A DNA stretch of 64,000 nt from an uncultured Chthonomonadaceae bacterium (GCA_963835065.1 CAWIEK010000003.1:64001-128000); one strand, 5' to 3'; shown: positions 10,840 through 21,872, numbered from the stretch's first letter. The notes: generated by a model from the letters alone, not told the origin. Program-made: numbers and translations.

Positions 10840-12630
10840 ATGTCCACTTCTCGTCGCGCGTTTGTTCTGACGGCTCCTCTGCTGCTTGCCGGCGCAATGG
10901 CGTCCGGTCACGCGCAAGGCAATCCTCCCCCTCACACCCCCCTGCCCACTGACACCAACCTCAGCGTGTCCATCGGCGTTTGCGCCACCTGGCAAAGCCA
11001 GCAAATCAATGCCACGCGCCAGATGCTGCTCAGCGCCGAGGTTTCCAGTTACACCCTGAGTGAAACTCCCGACATCTATACTCTGCTAGACCATCAAATC
11101 GCCGGCGAAACCCTGCCCCCGGAACAGGGGTGGGCCGTGTTCGCGCCACAGAACGATCAGTTCCAGTTCCAGTTTGACATTGCCGACGCGCAGAACCGCT
11201 TGGGCAAGATCGTTGTCAAGAACCTCCTGACCGGAGACGTGCTTGCGCAAATTCCTGCCGCCGCAAACGGCAGTGCGCTGACTGGTGTGCTGACAGGGGA
11301 CTGGAACACGGTCTACTATCAGGTGGATGGCTACGACAAGGCAGGCAATGCGCTGTTTCGGCTGGGTGTCACGCAGGGCAAGTTCGACAACTTCGTTCCT
11401 TTTGCGATCAGCAACGGCTTTTCGCCTTATCGTCCCGCATTCATTGCCTGCGCCCATCACACAACCCCGGATGGCCTGATGGGGTCGGAAGGCGATCCTT
11501 ACAACGTTATGGGAGTGATTAGCGGCACAGGGGGCGGGTTCAGCGTGGGATGCGGCTACCAGGACAAAATTAATGACAAAGCCTCGCCCGATTCTATCAT
11601 CCCGCCAGCCGATTTCTTTCGCTACATCAAGCACAAGAAAGCGCTGGATACAGCCAGCGCTAATCTGAACGCCCTCAAGAGCGGCGATCCGCAGGCGCTC
11701 AAGGATTTGCGAGACCTGCTGTCAGGCTTGACGAAGGAAGACACGACGCGCGCCTTGACCAACGTGGACATTGCGCCCTACTCGGACGCCTGTGGGCACT
11801 GGCATCCCGCCTTCAACGGCGCGGCCACTGCGGTTTACATTATTCCGTACACGCGCAAAACAGCCAACAAGGGGCTGTTAGGCATTCTGGCGCAGGCGAT
11901 GATTGAGTTCCTCAAGCCGGGCGCAAAGATACTGTCGGCGTTGGGCATAGACGCGCTCAACCAGTTCCTGATGACGCCGCAGGGTGCGCCTTACGGGTAC
12001 ATACAGGGCGAGATACGAGTGGTCGGAGACGTTTACACCGTAGACGCCACGGAAGCCTACAAAGCGTCCGATCAACGCCCAATCCTACAGGAGGTAACGT
12101 TCAGACTGACGCCCGACATTGCGCCGCCGACAGGTCTCAATGGCGGTGGCAGCGTGGTGTCTACGGGAGCCTGGACAATTCCTGCGCCTCCCGGCCCCTC
12201 CAACGGCGGCGATCTGTCTTTCGATGTCAACGGCATTGCCAAAAAGCAACTGGCAAAAGGCTACAAGTGGAAGGCTTCCGGCTGTATTTCTTCCACGCGA
12301 GGCTATCGTACCGGCACGTCGGAAGAGTTTCAAACACCGATTGACGCACCTGTTACCGTACCCTGTACGTTGACTGTACTGCTGCACCTCAAAATAGTCG
12401 CCAACGCTTCGTGCGTAGTGACGGTGAAACGAGGCGCTGACGTTCAGGCGCAGGGACCGACTACGAGCATAAACGGCCAGAACGTGTTTGACATGTTCCA
12501 GGTGACGCCTGCCACTTACATCGTGGAGGGTACAGCATCTCCCCTGCCCGGTTCGCGCGTTCCCCGCAAGGCCACGCAAACAGTTACCGTCAACACCGCC
12601 GTCGAACAGGCAGTGCAGCTTACGTTCTGA
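10840..12630 (+). CDS. Secreted hypothetical protein with a twin-arginine-like signal
   Basis: AAGGAG SD; MSTSRRAFVLTAPLLLAGAMASGHA|Q; beta-rich N- and C-terminal regions flanking a helical centre. Confidence 0.7.
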   Translation: MSTSRRAFVLTAPLLLAGAMASGHAQGNPPPHTPLPTDTNLSVSIGVCATWQSQQINATRQMLLSAEVSSYTLSETPDIYTLLDHQIAGETLPPEQGWAVFAPQNDQFQFQFDIADAQNRLGKIVVKNLLTGDVLAQIPAAANGSALTGVLTGDWNTVYYQVDGYDKAGNALFRLGVTQGKFDNFVPFAISNGFSPYRPAFIACAHHTTPDGLMGSEGDPYNVMGVISGTGGGFSVGCGYQDKINDKASPDSIIPPADFFRYIKHKKALDTASANLNALKSGDPQALKDLRDLLSGLTKEDTTRALTNVDIAPYSDACGHWHPAFNGAATAVYIIPYTRKTANKGLLGILAQAMIEFLKPGAKILSALGIDALNQFLMTPQGAPYGYIQGEIRVVGDVYTVDATEAYKASDQRPILQEVTFRLTPDIAPPTGLNGGGSVVSTGAWTIPAPPGPSNGGDLSFDVNGIAKKQLAKGYKWKASGCISSTRGYRTGTSEEFQTPIDAPVTVPCTLTVLLHLKIVANASCVVTVKRGADVQAQGPTTSINGQNVFDMFQVTPATYIVEGTASPLPGSRVPRKATQTVTVNTAVEQAVQLTF

Positions 12631-12778
12631 TATTTTCTGCTTCTGTTCGAGCGAACACAGCAGAAAGAACACAACACCGATGTTATGACATCAACAAGGC
12701 GACGCTCCTTCGCGTTTGCTGCATACTCCCGCCTGCGGCCACTTGCGCCACAGGCGGGTTTTGCGTGTATACTGAAAC

Positions 12779-14320
12779 ATGAGGAAATCACGTCCGCTTT
12801 CACGCCCATCGCCCATGCGCGACCCGTCACCCTATCCTATGAAAACATCGGGCTTATTCGCGTTCATTCGCGTTCATTCGCGGCTCTTACCAAGCCTGAA
12901 ATCGCGCGGTTTACGGCCTTTGTCCCTGCTGTCATTGTCGCTGTGCCTGCTGCCTGGCTGCAATTCGTCGCGCTCCGAAGTGACGGTCAAAGCGCCCGAT
13001 AGAACCGCGCCCGAAAAACCGGCTGCCAAAACTGCCGCCCCGCCGAACAAAACGGACGAAGCGCAAAGCCCCGTTCGCGTCCGGCCCGACTGTCCGATTC
13101 GGCTTGGCGGCGTGTTTTTGCGCGGGCTTGGCGACAATGCCGATGCGCAGGAGGATTCCGCCACAACGGGCGCGAAACTATCCGACACCAGCCGCGATTG
13201 GATCGCTGCCAATTGCGACGCAGCCGCATTCAACGCCGGTAATCTTCAGCGCGATACGTTCCGCCAGATGACGCGGGCGCAGAAATTGTTCACGCCCCTG
13301 CTGTATCTGTACGCTTCCTCGCTGTACGAGCAGCCGGAGCATCGGGGCAATGTGGGTGGCTGGCAGCCCGCAACGATGAGCGCGTGGACCCTGCGCGACC
13401 CCAGTGGGCAGGAAGTGGCCCCGCCGGACAAGGGCGGGCACTGGATGGATTTCGGCAATACGGACTGGGCAAAGCACTGGAAAGTGCAGGCGGCGCGGCT
13501 TGCCGGGCAGTATGGGGCGCAGGGCGTGGTTGCGGGGGAATTGCCCATCGGCAACACGTTCGTTCCCGACGCGCTGCAAAAGTACAAATCGCCCGCTGAC
13601 CGACTCGCGGCCACAACCGAATGGCTGCGTACCGCCCGCTCGCCGCGCCAATTTCTGCTTGTGCCGTCTGCTGTGGGCTTCGACGCGCTGGCCGGACATC
13701 CTACGCTGCCCACGCCGCCCGGAACCGAAGAGCCGGAACTCGCGGGCCGCGTATGGGACGAACTGTTTCCCTTTGTCAACGGCGCATGGGCCGAAGGCTG
13801 GGTCATCCCCTACTGGTCGGGTGAAACCCTGCCGAACAATCAATGGGAACGGCACATCGAAGCGGCGGATCGCGCCGACCGCAACGATCAGGTGTTTATC
13901 GCCTGCGCCGCATACCACGATGACAACGAACTGGAATACGTTCTCGCGTCGTTTCTGATGGCTTATCACCGGCAGGGGCGCGCGTGTTTGCAGCCCATGC
14001 CCCTGCGCGCCGGACAGCCACCCGATGCCGGGTACAGCCTGGCCGTGTTCCGCAAAGAGATCACGGACAAAGCGAACTTTTTCAATCCGCCGCTTGGGGT
14101 CGCCAAACAGGAACGGCATCCCCTGCGGGTGGAAGGCGGGGATGTGTGGCGGCGGCAGTTTCAGGGCGGCGACGTGTACGTCAATTCCGATGATACGCGC
14201 GGCAAAACCCTGCGCTTCAGCGGCAGCATGCGCCGCTTAAACGGCGATGTTGTCCGCGAAGTGGAAATGGCCCCGCATACGGGCGTGATTTTGCTGAATA
14301 TGAAACAGTCACAACCATGA
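12779..14320 (+). CDS. Lipoprotein, putative glycoside hydrolase (GHL15-like)
   Basis: Lipobox LLPGC; 'HWMDFGNTDWAKHW', 'GAWAEGW', 'VWRRQFQGGDVYVN' resemble putative GH TIM-barrels. ATGA overlap with the sugar kinase gene. Start uncertain. Confidence 0.55.
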   Translation: MRKSRPLSRPSPMRDPSPYPMKTSGLFAFIRVHSRLLPSLKSRGLRPLSLLSLSLCLLPGCNSSRSEVTVKAPDRTAPEKPAAKTAAPPNKTDEAQSPVRVRPDCPIRLGGVFLRGLGDNADAQEDSATTGAKLSDTSRDWIAANCDAAAFNAGNLQRDTFRQMTRAQKLFTPLLYLYASSLYEQPEHRGNVGGWQPATMSAWTLRDPSGQEVAPPDKGGHWMDFGNTDWAKHWKVQAARLAGQYGAQGVVAGELPIGNTFVPDALQKYKSPADRLAATTEWLRTARSPRQFLLVPSAVGFDALAGHPTLPTPPGTEEPELAGRVWDELFPFVNGAWAEGWVIPYWSGETLPNNQWERHIEAADRADRNDQVFIACAAYHDDNELEYVLASFLMAYHRQGRACLQPMPLRAGQPPDAGYSLAVFRKEITDKANFFNPPLGVAKQERHPLRVEGGDVWRRQFQGGDVYVNSDDTRGKTLRFSGSMRRLNGDVVREVEMAPHTGVILLNMKQSQP

Positions 14321-15351
14321 CCATGCAGCGTTACCATTTAGGCATAGACGGCGGGGGAACCAAGACCATTGCGGTGGTGCTGGACGCCGACGGTGAGGAG
14401 CGGGGGCGGGGTTCCGGCGGACCGGGCAACCTTGTCAACACGCCTTCCCCTGCCCTGCGCGCGGCTATTTGTGACGCCGTTGGAGACGCCTGCCGCAATG
14501 CGCAAATACCGGTCACTACCCGGTTTGCCGGAGCCTGCGCGGGCATGGCGGGGTACTCGGCGGAAGCGAAGCGGGAAGCGTTCGCCGTTTTGTTTCGAGA
14601 TATTGTTGTTGCGGATACCTACCTTGTGGAGCCGGATTTCAGCATCGCGTACTGGGGCGCCACGCATGGGGAACCGGGCATTGTGGTCATCGCAGGCACG
14701 GGGGCAGTCGCGTATGGGCGCAACGCGAACGGCGATACGCAGCGCGAAGATGGCCTGGGATTTCTGCTTGGGGATCGGGGCAGCGGCTTCAACCTCGGCC
14801 TGCGCGTCCTGAAATACACGCTGGAGCAGTGGAAGCAGGGTACGCGCGATACTTTGACGCAGGCCGTCGTTCGGCATACGGGCGCGCAGTCACAGGAACA
14901 GATGGTGCAATGGCTGTACGGCGATTTCAGCCCTGCCCGCGTCGCCTCGCTGGCTCCGCTGGTCGGGCAGTTGGCGGAGCAGGGCGACCCGGCGGCGCGC
15001 TGGCATGTGGCGGAAATGGCCCGGCGATTGCGCCATTCCGTGCGGCAAATCCGGCATCGGCTGTGGCTGCCCCGTGAAACGCCGGTTTATCCGCTTGGCG
15101 GACTGTGGAACCTGGGCGCGTTTTTCCGCGACGAGTTTTCCGACCCGCACTGGCAGGGCGAGGGCGCGTTCCTGCTGTCGCCCGAAGCCCTGTCCGGCGG
15201 GCGCTTCACGCTGGCGCAGCCCAAAAGCGACGCCGCGTATGGCGCGGGACTGATGGCAAAAGCCAATATGGAAACACAAACCAATGCAACACCCGAACAC
15301 ATTCCCGGCGCAGACACCAACCCGGTTTCAGGAGTTGTCCCGCCTGAATAG
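14317..15351 (+). CDS. BadF/BadG/BcrA/BcrD-type N-acetylglucosamine kinase-like protein
   Basis: LGIDGGGTKT, GIVVIAGTGAVAYG, G.LLGD.GSG motifs. Confidence 0.9.
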   Translation: MTMQRYHLGIDGGGTKTIAVVLDADGEERGRGSGGPGNLVNTPSPALRAAICDAVGDACRNAQIPVTTRFAGACAGMAGYSAEAKREAFAVLFRDIVVADTYLVEPDFSIAYWGATHGEPGIVVIAGTGAVAYGRNANGDTQREDGLGFLLGDRGSGFNLGLRVLKYTLEQWKQGTRDTLTQAVVRHTGAQSQEQMVQWLYGDFSPARVASLAPLVGQLAEQGDPAARWHVAEMARRLRHSVRQIRHRLWLPRETPVYPLGGLWNLGAFFRDEFSDPHWQGEGAFLLSPEALSGGRFTLAQPKSDAAYGAGLMAKANMETQTNATPEHIPGADTNPVSGVVPPE

Positions 15352-16333
15352 CCCCTCTCCTGGCGAGAAACGAGCGGCCAGAAAGGGTATCCATAAATGG
15401 ACGCCCGGGGTGAGGTCCCCCTGGCTGTTCGCTGTCGTCCTCTTGACGCAGGGGGCGTTGGCGCGGTGTGAAGTCCATTATAACTGGGAAGCGTTGCTCA
15501 ACACGCGCCGTATCGCTATCATTACGCCATTCTTTTGTACCATCAAGCCGCCTGCTGCCGCGCCTGTCCCGCTTCCCGCCGCGAAACCTAAAGCGCGAGT
15601 CGTATGGCCCGCGCCGACAGCCGAACATGCTTCCGCCCGGAAAAACTCTGCTTCCACGCGCAAGTCCTCTACAAAGGCAGTTCTTCGCCCGGCGCCTGTG
15701 CATCTCGATCCGGCAGTCGCGCCGAAACCCGCCGACAAGGGCAACAAGCAACCGGCGGCGGCAGCCGTTACCCCTGCCGAGAAATCTTTTCACACGCAAA
15801 CCCTGCAAACCTTGACCGAAGTTATGCAGGCCACATTGCCGGAACGCATTGCTGCCGGGAGAGTGTATCAGGTTGTGCCGGAAAGTGAGGCGCAGGCGGC
15901 TTTGCGTGGACTGCGCTGGCAGCCGCGCGATTTGTTTCAGGAGCGCGGAGCCATTGTTCGCGGCAAATTCCCCACGCCCGATGTGAAACACATTCAGCAG
16001 TTGGCGAAACGGTTGAAGGTGGACGGCGTTGTCGTGGCCGCCATGCGCGAACCGGCAAGCATCGGCGACGGGATTCGCCTGCCGTATGAATTGTGGATGG
16101 TGAACCCGTTTAATATGGGTGTCCGGCGGAGACTTCCGCATGTGCTGTCGCCCCGCATCCAGGCGTTTCTTATCACGGCGGACGGTGAAACCGCCTGGCA
16201 GGATGAGCAGGTCGCCGACCACCCGCGTACCACGCCCCGCACCCTCAAAACCCTGCTGGTAGACTGGCAGGAGGCGACGGAACAAGCCGCGCAGCAGCTT
16301 GCCGACAGCCTGCACCGCCAGCCACCCGGCTAA
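15284..16333 (+). CDS. Hypothetical exported protein (true start probably downstream, ~15409)
   Basis: Signal-like WLFAVVLLTQGALA; Pro/Ala/Lys-rich linker; globular alpha/beta C-terminal region. Confidence 0.6.
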   Translation: MQHPNTFPAQTPTRFQELSRLNSPSPGEKRAARKGIHKWTPGVRSPWLFAVVLLTQGALARCEVHYNWEALLNTRRIAIITPFFCTIKPPAAAPVPLPAAKPKARVVWPAPTAEHASARKNSASTRKSSTKAVLRPAPVHLDPAVAPKPADKGNKQPAAAAVTPAEKSFHTQTLQTLTEVMQATLPERIAAGRVYQVVPESEAQAALRGLRWQPRDLFQERGAIVRGKFPTPDVKHIQQLAKRLKVDGVVVAAMREPASIGDGIRLPYELWMVNPFNMGVRRRLPHVLSPRIQAFLITADGETAWQDEQVADHPRTTPRTLKTLLVDWQEATEQAAQQLADSLHRQPPG

Positions 16334-16427
16334 ACTCCTCTTTACGCATATCCCAATCCACTAATATCCAAAAAGAAAAACGCTGCCGCGTTGATCCTTT
16401 TTGCCGCTCCGCCGCGCCTATCTAGTG

Positions 16428-18167
16428 ATGACGCTTGAAACCCAAACGGAACTTATTCACAAAGCGCTGGCTGGAGATCGGCTTGCCGCCGAACGCCTGC
16501 TGGAACCCTATCGGCAAACCGTGCTGCGGATCGCGCAGGGGGCTTTGGGCAGCCGGGACGACGCCGCCGATGTGGCGCAGGAAACGCTTATGTACCTGCT
16601 GCTGCGGCTTGGCGACCTGCGCGACCCGACTCGGTTTGTCGGCTGGCTGCGGCAAATCACGCTGTCGCAATGCGCCGATTATCGCCGACGCCGGGGAACG
16701 CGCCGCCTGGGAGAACCGCTCGCCGCCCTCAATGAAATCGGGGAAGAATCGGATTTCGCGGGGCGTTTCCTGCTCCGGCAAGCCCTGGCGCGCCTGTCCT
16801 CGGATCACCAAACCACATTTCTGCTGCATTATGTCGGCGGCTGGTCTGTGGAGGAAGTCGCGGGGCTGACGAGCGTTCCCGTCAACACCGTCCGCAGTCG
16901 GTTGATGGCGGCCAAGCGTCATTTACGCGCTGATTTACGCGCGCTTTTTCCAGACATACCTTTGCAGTCCGAGCCGACAAGCGCGGAACGGCAGGCGGCG
17001 TCCGCAAGCGCCGCTTTGCAAACAACGGGAAAGCGCCACTTGAACCCAAAAGGAAATCGCATGTCTGCTGACACGCCCGCATTGCCTGCAACAACTTTAT
17101 CTGACACAACGCCCCTATCGGAGACAACCGCATTGCCTGAAACAACTGCCTTGCCTGACGCATTTACAGCGCCGGAAACTTTAGCCCTGCCGGACGCGCA
17201 TACCCGGCTGCTGGAAAGCGCGATGCCTGGCGCGCGACTGCTTGCGGTACAAAACTACCCGGAAGCCTGGCAGCCGTTTACGCCACGAGCGCGCCTGCTG
17301 CTGCCGGATGGCCGCGAGAAAACGGTGGATTTTCGCGGCGACATTACGCCGGAACGCGCCGCCCTGCTTCCCGCGCTAAATCAAGCCAACATTCCCGGCC
17401 CGCAAATCCTGCATGGCCCGGTCAAAACGGAAGGGGGCTTTGTGACTCTGTGCGAAACCGCGCGGGGAGAAAACCTGACGCTGTGGACATTGGGGGGAAC
17501 GCCACACCGGATTCGCCTGGCGACCGAACGCGCTTTTGAAGGCATTGACCGGCTTCACGGCGCAACCCAAACCCTGCTTGCCGATCCCGTCGGGGCGAAA
17601 CTGCCAAATCGTACCCTGATGGATGAAGTGGAAATCCTGACATCGGAAGCGCGCTGGAACGCCGATCCCTGGCTCGCCGAAGCGGGAACGGAACGCGCCG
17701 GATGGCTGGCCGATGCCTGGTTTGCATCGGCTTTGGCAAAAACGCGGGCGGCTCTTGCCGATATACACGCGCCATTGGCGTATACCGATTATACGTTCTT
17801 TTTCCCGCAGGGCTATCGTATTGCGCCCGCAACGGCTTCTACGGATGAGCCGTTGGGCTGGCCTGGCGATCCGCATTTTAGCGACAACCCGTTGGTAGAG
17901 TTCGTCAATTGCTTCGGGCACTTTGGCGATCCGCTGCTTGGGCTGGCGATGGTGTGGGTGTACGACTGCTACCCATTCGTACATACGGGGTTTGTCGAGC
18001 AGTTTCTCTGGCGGCGTGGCGTGGCGCGGCGCGAGTTTGCGCCCCGGCTGGCGTTGAAGGCGCTGCAAATGGTGGCGCGCGATCTGCCGGTAATGCGCCC
18101 TGCGCAGGGCGCAAGATACTGGGAAAGCCTGCGCGGATGGGTGGAACAAGCGCTTCAATGGATGTGA
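16428..18167 (+). CDS. ECF RNA polymerase sigma factor with a long C-terminal extension (phosphotransferase-like fold suspected)
   Basis: Sigma region 2 DAADVAQETL...FVGWL; region 4 WSVEEVAGLTSVPVNTVRSRL; Thr/Pro repeat linker; ~330-aa C-terminal domain. Confidence 0.85.
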   Translation: MTLETQTELIHKALAGDRLAAERLLEPYRQTVLRIAQGALGSRDDAADVAQETLMYLLLRLGDLRDPTRFVGWLRQITLSQCADYRRRRGTRRLGEPLAALNEIGEESDFAGRFLLRQALARLSSDHQTTFLLHYVGGWSVEEVAGLTSVPVNTVRSRLMAAKRHLRADLRALFPDIPLQSEPTSAERQAASASAALQTTGKRHLNPKGNRMSADTPALPATTLSDTTPLSETTALPETTALPDAFTAPETLALPDAHTRLLESAMPGARLLAVQNYPEAWQPFTPRARLLLPDGREKTVDFRGDITPERAALLPALNQANIPGPQILHGPVKTEGGFVTLCETARGENLTLWTLGGTPHRIRLATERAFEGIDRLHGATQTLLADPVGAKLPNRTLMDEVEILTSEARWNADPWLAEAGTERAGWLADAWFASALAKTRAALADIHAPLAYTDYTFFFPQGYRIAPATASTDEPLGWPGDPHFSDNPLVEFVNCFGHFGDPLLGLAMVWVYDCYPFVHTGFVEQFLWRRGVARREFAPRLALKALQMVARDLPVMRPAQGARYWESLRGWVEQALQWM

Positions 18168-18257
18168 GAAGCGGATTATCGGCAAAAGGTCGTCAAGAAT
18201 ACTGACTTTACAGCCAGCATTTTCCTGTAATCCAAGTATTCTATTGGCGTCTTTGCC

Positions 18258-20180
18258 CTACGCGGCACAAAGCGACACGTCCCTGCTTCCGACGGCAAGC
18301 GTCACCTGGTTGCGCCCGTTCTGCTTGGATTGGTACAGCGCTTTATCCGCTTCCTCGACCAATTCCGCCGCATCTCGCGTGGCGATTTGCAGCGCGGCAG
18401 CGCCGATGCTGACCGTAATCGCGCGCTGCTCCCATTCCTGTCCGGCAACCGCTTCCCGTATCCGCTCCGCCACAATCATGGCTCCCTCCGTATCGGTTTC
18501 CGGCAGCGCGACAACGAACTCTTCCCCGCCATAACGCGCCACAAAGTCGGTTGCCCGCGCCGTGTGCCGCAATGCGTTCGCCACCCGCTTCAACACCTCG
18601 TCGCCTGCCGGATGCCCGAACGTGTCGTTGAACTGCTTGAATTTGTCCACGTCCAGAAGCAGCAGGGCAAGGGGCGTATGATAGCGCCGGCTGCGCTCGA
18701 ATTCTTCGGCCAGTTTGTCCTGAAAACTGCGGTGATTTTTCAGCCCGGTCAGGCCGTCCGTTGTCGCCAGTTCCAGCAGGCGGGCATTGACCACCTCCAA
18801 CTGCGCGTAGGCGGATTCCAACTGCGTATTCGCCATTTCTAATTGCGTATTCGCGGCTTCGAATTGCGCATTGGCGGTTTCCAACTGCTGCTGCTGCATT
18901 TTGGATTCGGTGCGGTCGCGCATCGTGCCGTGCAGCCGGACGGTCTTGCCCTGCGCGTCGCGCTCCGCCTGCCCCATCGCATGAAACCAGCGCAGCGAGC
19001 CATCGTTCATTAGTGCGCGAAATTCAAATTCATACGGCTGCCCGCCCTCAATGCACCGCTGTACGATTGCATTATGCAGGGGCACGTCGTCAGGATGGTA
19101 GCGGCGCATCAAGGCGTCGTAGGAAGGAGCGCTCTGCGCGGGGTCAAACTCCAGCAGGCGAAAGGTTTCTACGGACCAGGTGATTTCCCCGGAAGCAACG
19201 TCGAATTCCCAACTGCCGACGCGGGCGATGCGCTGCGCCTCCATGTAACGCGCTTCGCTGCGGCGCAGGGCTTCTTCGGCGCGAGTGCGCTCCGTAATGT
19301 CTACGGCCACGCCGCCCACGCAGGGCTGCCCGGCAGGATCGGTAAACGGAAATTTGTACACCGTCCAAACGCGCGCTTCGCCGTCCGCCGTAGGGACATT
19401 CTCAACGGTTTCCAATGGCTCACCCGATTGGCGTACCAGGTCATCATTGCGCCGAGTCTGTTCGGCAACATCGGCGGGAAACCAATCCGCATCCGTAGTT
19501 CCCCATATATCTTCCAATTCCACGTTGAAAGCACGCTCAAAGGGCTTGTTGACATACAAATAGCGTCCCTTAGCATCCTTCATAAAGGCCACAAGCGGAC
19601 CGGTATTCATAAAGGCTTCAAAGCGCGTATGGCTGTCGCGCAATTGCTGTTCCATGCGCTGCTGCGTCGCCATCAACAGGCTTTGATCTTTAATCTTGCG
19701 CCGCAGTTCCAGTTGCGTGACGACCTGATTGGCAAGCACCTGCAAGGCTTCGCGCTGCAAGGGCGTCAGGTCGCGGGGTACGCGGTCAATCACGCACAGA
19801 GTTCCCAGCGCGTGACCGGACGGCGTTATCAGGGGAGCGCCCGCATAAAAGCGAATACTGGGGTCTGCAGTGACAAGAGGGTTCTGGGCAAAGCGCGCGT
19901 CTTCCAGCGCGTTGGGAACCACCAGCACATCGGTCTGCAAAATGGCATGAGCGCAGAACGCCAGGTCGCGGTGTGTTTCCGCCGCGTCAAGGCCGACGCT
20001 CGCTTTGAACCATTGCCGGGCGGTGTCCAGCAGGCTTACCAGGCTGATGGGCGTACCGCACAAAGCCGAGGCCAAGCGCGCAATCTCATCGAAAGCGTCT
20101 TCGGCAGGCGTGTCGAGTATATCATAGCTGCGCAGCGCGTTTACGCGCGCCGCTTCGTTATCGGGAAAAGGAGCGGACAA
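18258..20180 (-). CDS. Diguanylate cyclase, GAF-PAS-PAS-coiled coil-GGDEF
   Basis: GAF ([22 protein letters not shown]); two PAS domains; [29 protein letters not shown]. Confidence 0.95.
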   Translation of the reverse strand: MSAPFPDNEAARVNALRSYDILDTPAEDAFDEIARLASALCGTPISLVSLLDTARQWFKASVGLDAAETHRDLAFCAHAILQTDVLVVPNALEDARFAQNPLVTADPSIRFYAGAPLITPSGHALGTLCVIDRVPRDLTPLQREALQVLANQVVTQLELRRKIKDQSLLMATQQRMEQQLRDSHTRFEAFMNTGPLVAFMKDAKGRYLYVNKPFERAFNVELEDIWGTTDADWFPADVAEQTRRNDDLVRQSGEPLETVENVPTADGEARVWTVYKFPFTDPAGQPCVGGVAVDITERTRAEEALRRSEARYMEAQRIARVGSWEFDVASGEITWSVETFRLLEFDPAQSAPSYDALMRRYHPDDVPLHNAIVQRCIEGGQPYEFEFRALMNDGSLRWFHAMGQAERDAQGKTVRLHGTMRDRTESKMQQQQLETANAQFEAANTQLEMANTQLESAYAQLEVVNARLLELATTDGLTGLKNHRSFQDKLAEEFERSRRYHTPLALLLLDVDKFKQFNDTFGHPAGDEVLKRVANALRHTARATDFVARYGGEEFVVALPETDTEGAMIVAERIREAVAGQEWEQRAITVSIGAAALQIATRDAAELVEEADKALYQSKQNGRNQVTLAVGSRDVSLCAA

Positions 20181-20367
20181 CAGGCTGACCTCGCTAAAAG
20201 TTTCAAGGCCGAAACAGGTCGTATCGGGCCAGGTTACAACAGAGGCGGCATCGGGGCAGACTCCTGATCCCTGTCAGTTTTCGTCGTAACTGTCAGTTGT
20301 AGGGGATTTTCGGCGCAAAACGAAAAAAACTTCACCCGTCCGAAGCGCAAAAATCGCGCGCAGAGAC

Positions 20368-20420
20368 CCGTGAGTTGAAACTCGCGACTGTGATAACGAA
20401 GTCCTCCTGCGCGGACTGAA
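20368..20420. repeat. REP-like two-hairpin element, copy 1 (copy 2 at ~62890-62942)
   Basis: TAACGAAGTCC-tcctgcgc-GGACTGAA shared with 62914-62942; each copy is preceded by a short hairpin. Confidence 0.6.
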
Positions 20421-20462
20421 GGCGGTAAAAACCATCTCTATAGGGTGTAATCTGCAAAGGCA

Positions 20463-20486
20463 GGACATAACATGTTATGTCCCTAC
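20463..20486 (-). repeat. GTAG-type REP palindrome
   Basis: GTAG followed by the perfect 20-bp palindrome GGACATAACATGTTATGTCC. Confidence 0.6.
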
Positions 20487-20582
20487 GTTATCACAGTCGA
20501 GGAAAAAGATTAAAATAGGTTTTCCCCGGACGCAAGGGGGTATTTGAATGGCAATGGGGCTTGGGAAGCGGGGATTGGCCTG

Positions 20583-21872
20583 CTAAAGAACGAAGCGGAA
20601 CAGGGCGCTGTCGCTGTGGATGATTTCGTAGCGCAGGCCAATACTGTCCATGCGCGCCAGCAGGGGCGCGTAATCTTCCTTGCGGGTCAATTCGATGCCG
20701 ACAAGAGCGGGGCCGAACTCGCGGTTGCTCTTTTTGATGTATTCAAAGAGGGTAATATCATCATCCGGGCCGAGCGCGTCGTCCAGATACCGGCGCAGCG
20801 AACCGGGACGCTGCGAAAACTCGACCAGAAAGTAGTGCTTCAGTCCCTGGTCAATCAGGCTGCGCTCGATGATTTCGGGGTAGCGCGAAATGTCATTGTT
20901 GCCGCCGCTGACGACGCAAACCACTTTCTTTCCCCGCAGGCGCTCACCCAATTGGGAAAGCGCGGCGATGCTCAATGCTCCGGCGGGTTCGGCAATGATG
21001 CCCTCGCTCTGGTACAGGGCGATCATTTCCGTGCAAACGCGGCCTTCCGCAACCGGCACAATCTCGCGCAGCAGGCGTTGACAAATTTGAAAATTGTGCC
21101 TTCCCGCCGTTTTCACCGCCGCGCCGTCCACAAACGTATCAATCTGCTCCAGCGTGACCGGATGCCCGGCTTGCAGCGCGGCCAACATGCAGGCGGCGCG
21201 GGACGGCTCCGCGCCAATCAGAGCCACGTGGGGAAAATACCGCTCACTATACACGGCCAGGCCGCTGATGAGGCCGCCGCCGCCGATGGGCGCGATGAGA
21301 AAATCGGGCGCGGTTCCAAGCTGTTCGGCAATCTCCACGCCGACTGTGCCCTGCCCGGCAATGATGCGCGGATCATCAAACGGGTGGACAAACACTTTTT
21401 CCGCACCGTTCGCATATTCGGCGGCAAGGCGGTACGTGGCGTCGAAGGTATCCCCGGCCAGTTCGATGTGAACCCAGGCTCCGCCCAGGCTGCGAACGCG
21501 CTGCACTTTCTGCCGGGGCGTGTTCTGGGGCATGTAGATATGCCCTTCGATTTCCAGGCGGCGGCACGTAAAGGCGACGCCCTGCGCGTGATTGCCCGCG
21601 CTGGCGCACACCACGCCCCGTTCCCGCTCCGACGGCTTGAGCGAACTCATCAGGTTGTACGCGCCCCGCAGTTTGTAGGAGCGGACGACCTGCAGGTTTT
21701 CCCGCTTCAAATAAATCTCGGACTGGAACTGCTCGGACAAGCGCAGATTGTGCTGCAGCGGGGTGCGCGTCACCACCGCGTGAAGCCGCCCGTATGCTTG
21801 CTCAACGGCTTCAACGGTCACGGCTTCTGTGGTAACGGCTTCTGTGGTAACGACGGGCAAAAATGTAGTCAT
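20583..21872 (-). CDS. ilvA: Threonine ammonia-lyase (short biosynthetic form)
   Basis: YLKRENLQVVRSYKLRGA PLP-lysine motif, ASAGNHAQG, GGGGL, SGGNND, C-terminal FSQRPGSL regulatory domain. Confidence 0.95.
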   Translation of the reverse strand: MTTFLPVVTTEAVTTEAVTVEAVEQAYGRLHAVVTRTPLQHNLRLSEQFQSEIYLKRENLQVVRSYKLRGAYNLMSSLKPSERERGVVCASAGNHAQGVAFTCRRLEIEGHIYMPQNTPRQKVQRVRSLGGAWVHIELAGDTFDATYRLAAEYANGAEKVFVHPFDDPRIIAGQGTVGVEIAEQLGTAPDFLIAPIGGGGLISGLAVYSERYFPHVALIGAEPSRAACMLAALQAGHPVTLEQIDTFVDGAAVKTAGRHNFQICQRLLREIVPVAEGRVCTEMIALYQSEGIIAEPAGALSIAALSQLGERLRGKKVVCVVSGGNNDISRYPEIIERSLIDQGLKHYFLVEFSQRPGSLRRYLDDALGPDDDITLFEYIKKSNREFGPALVGIELTRKEDYAPLLARMDSIGLRYEIIHSDSALFRFVL

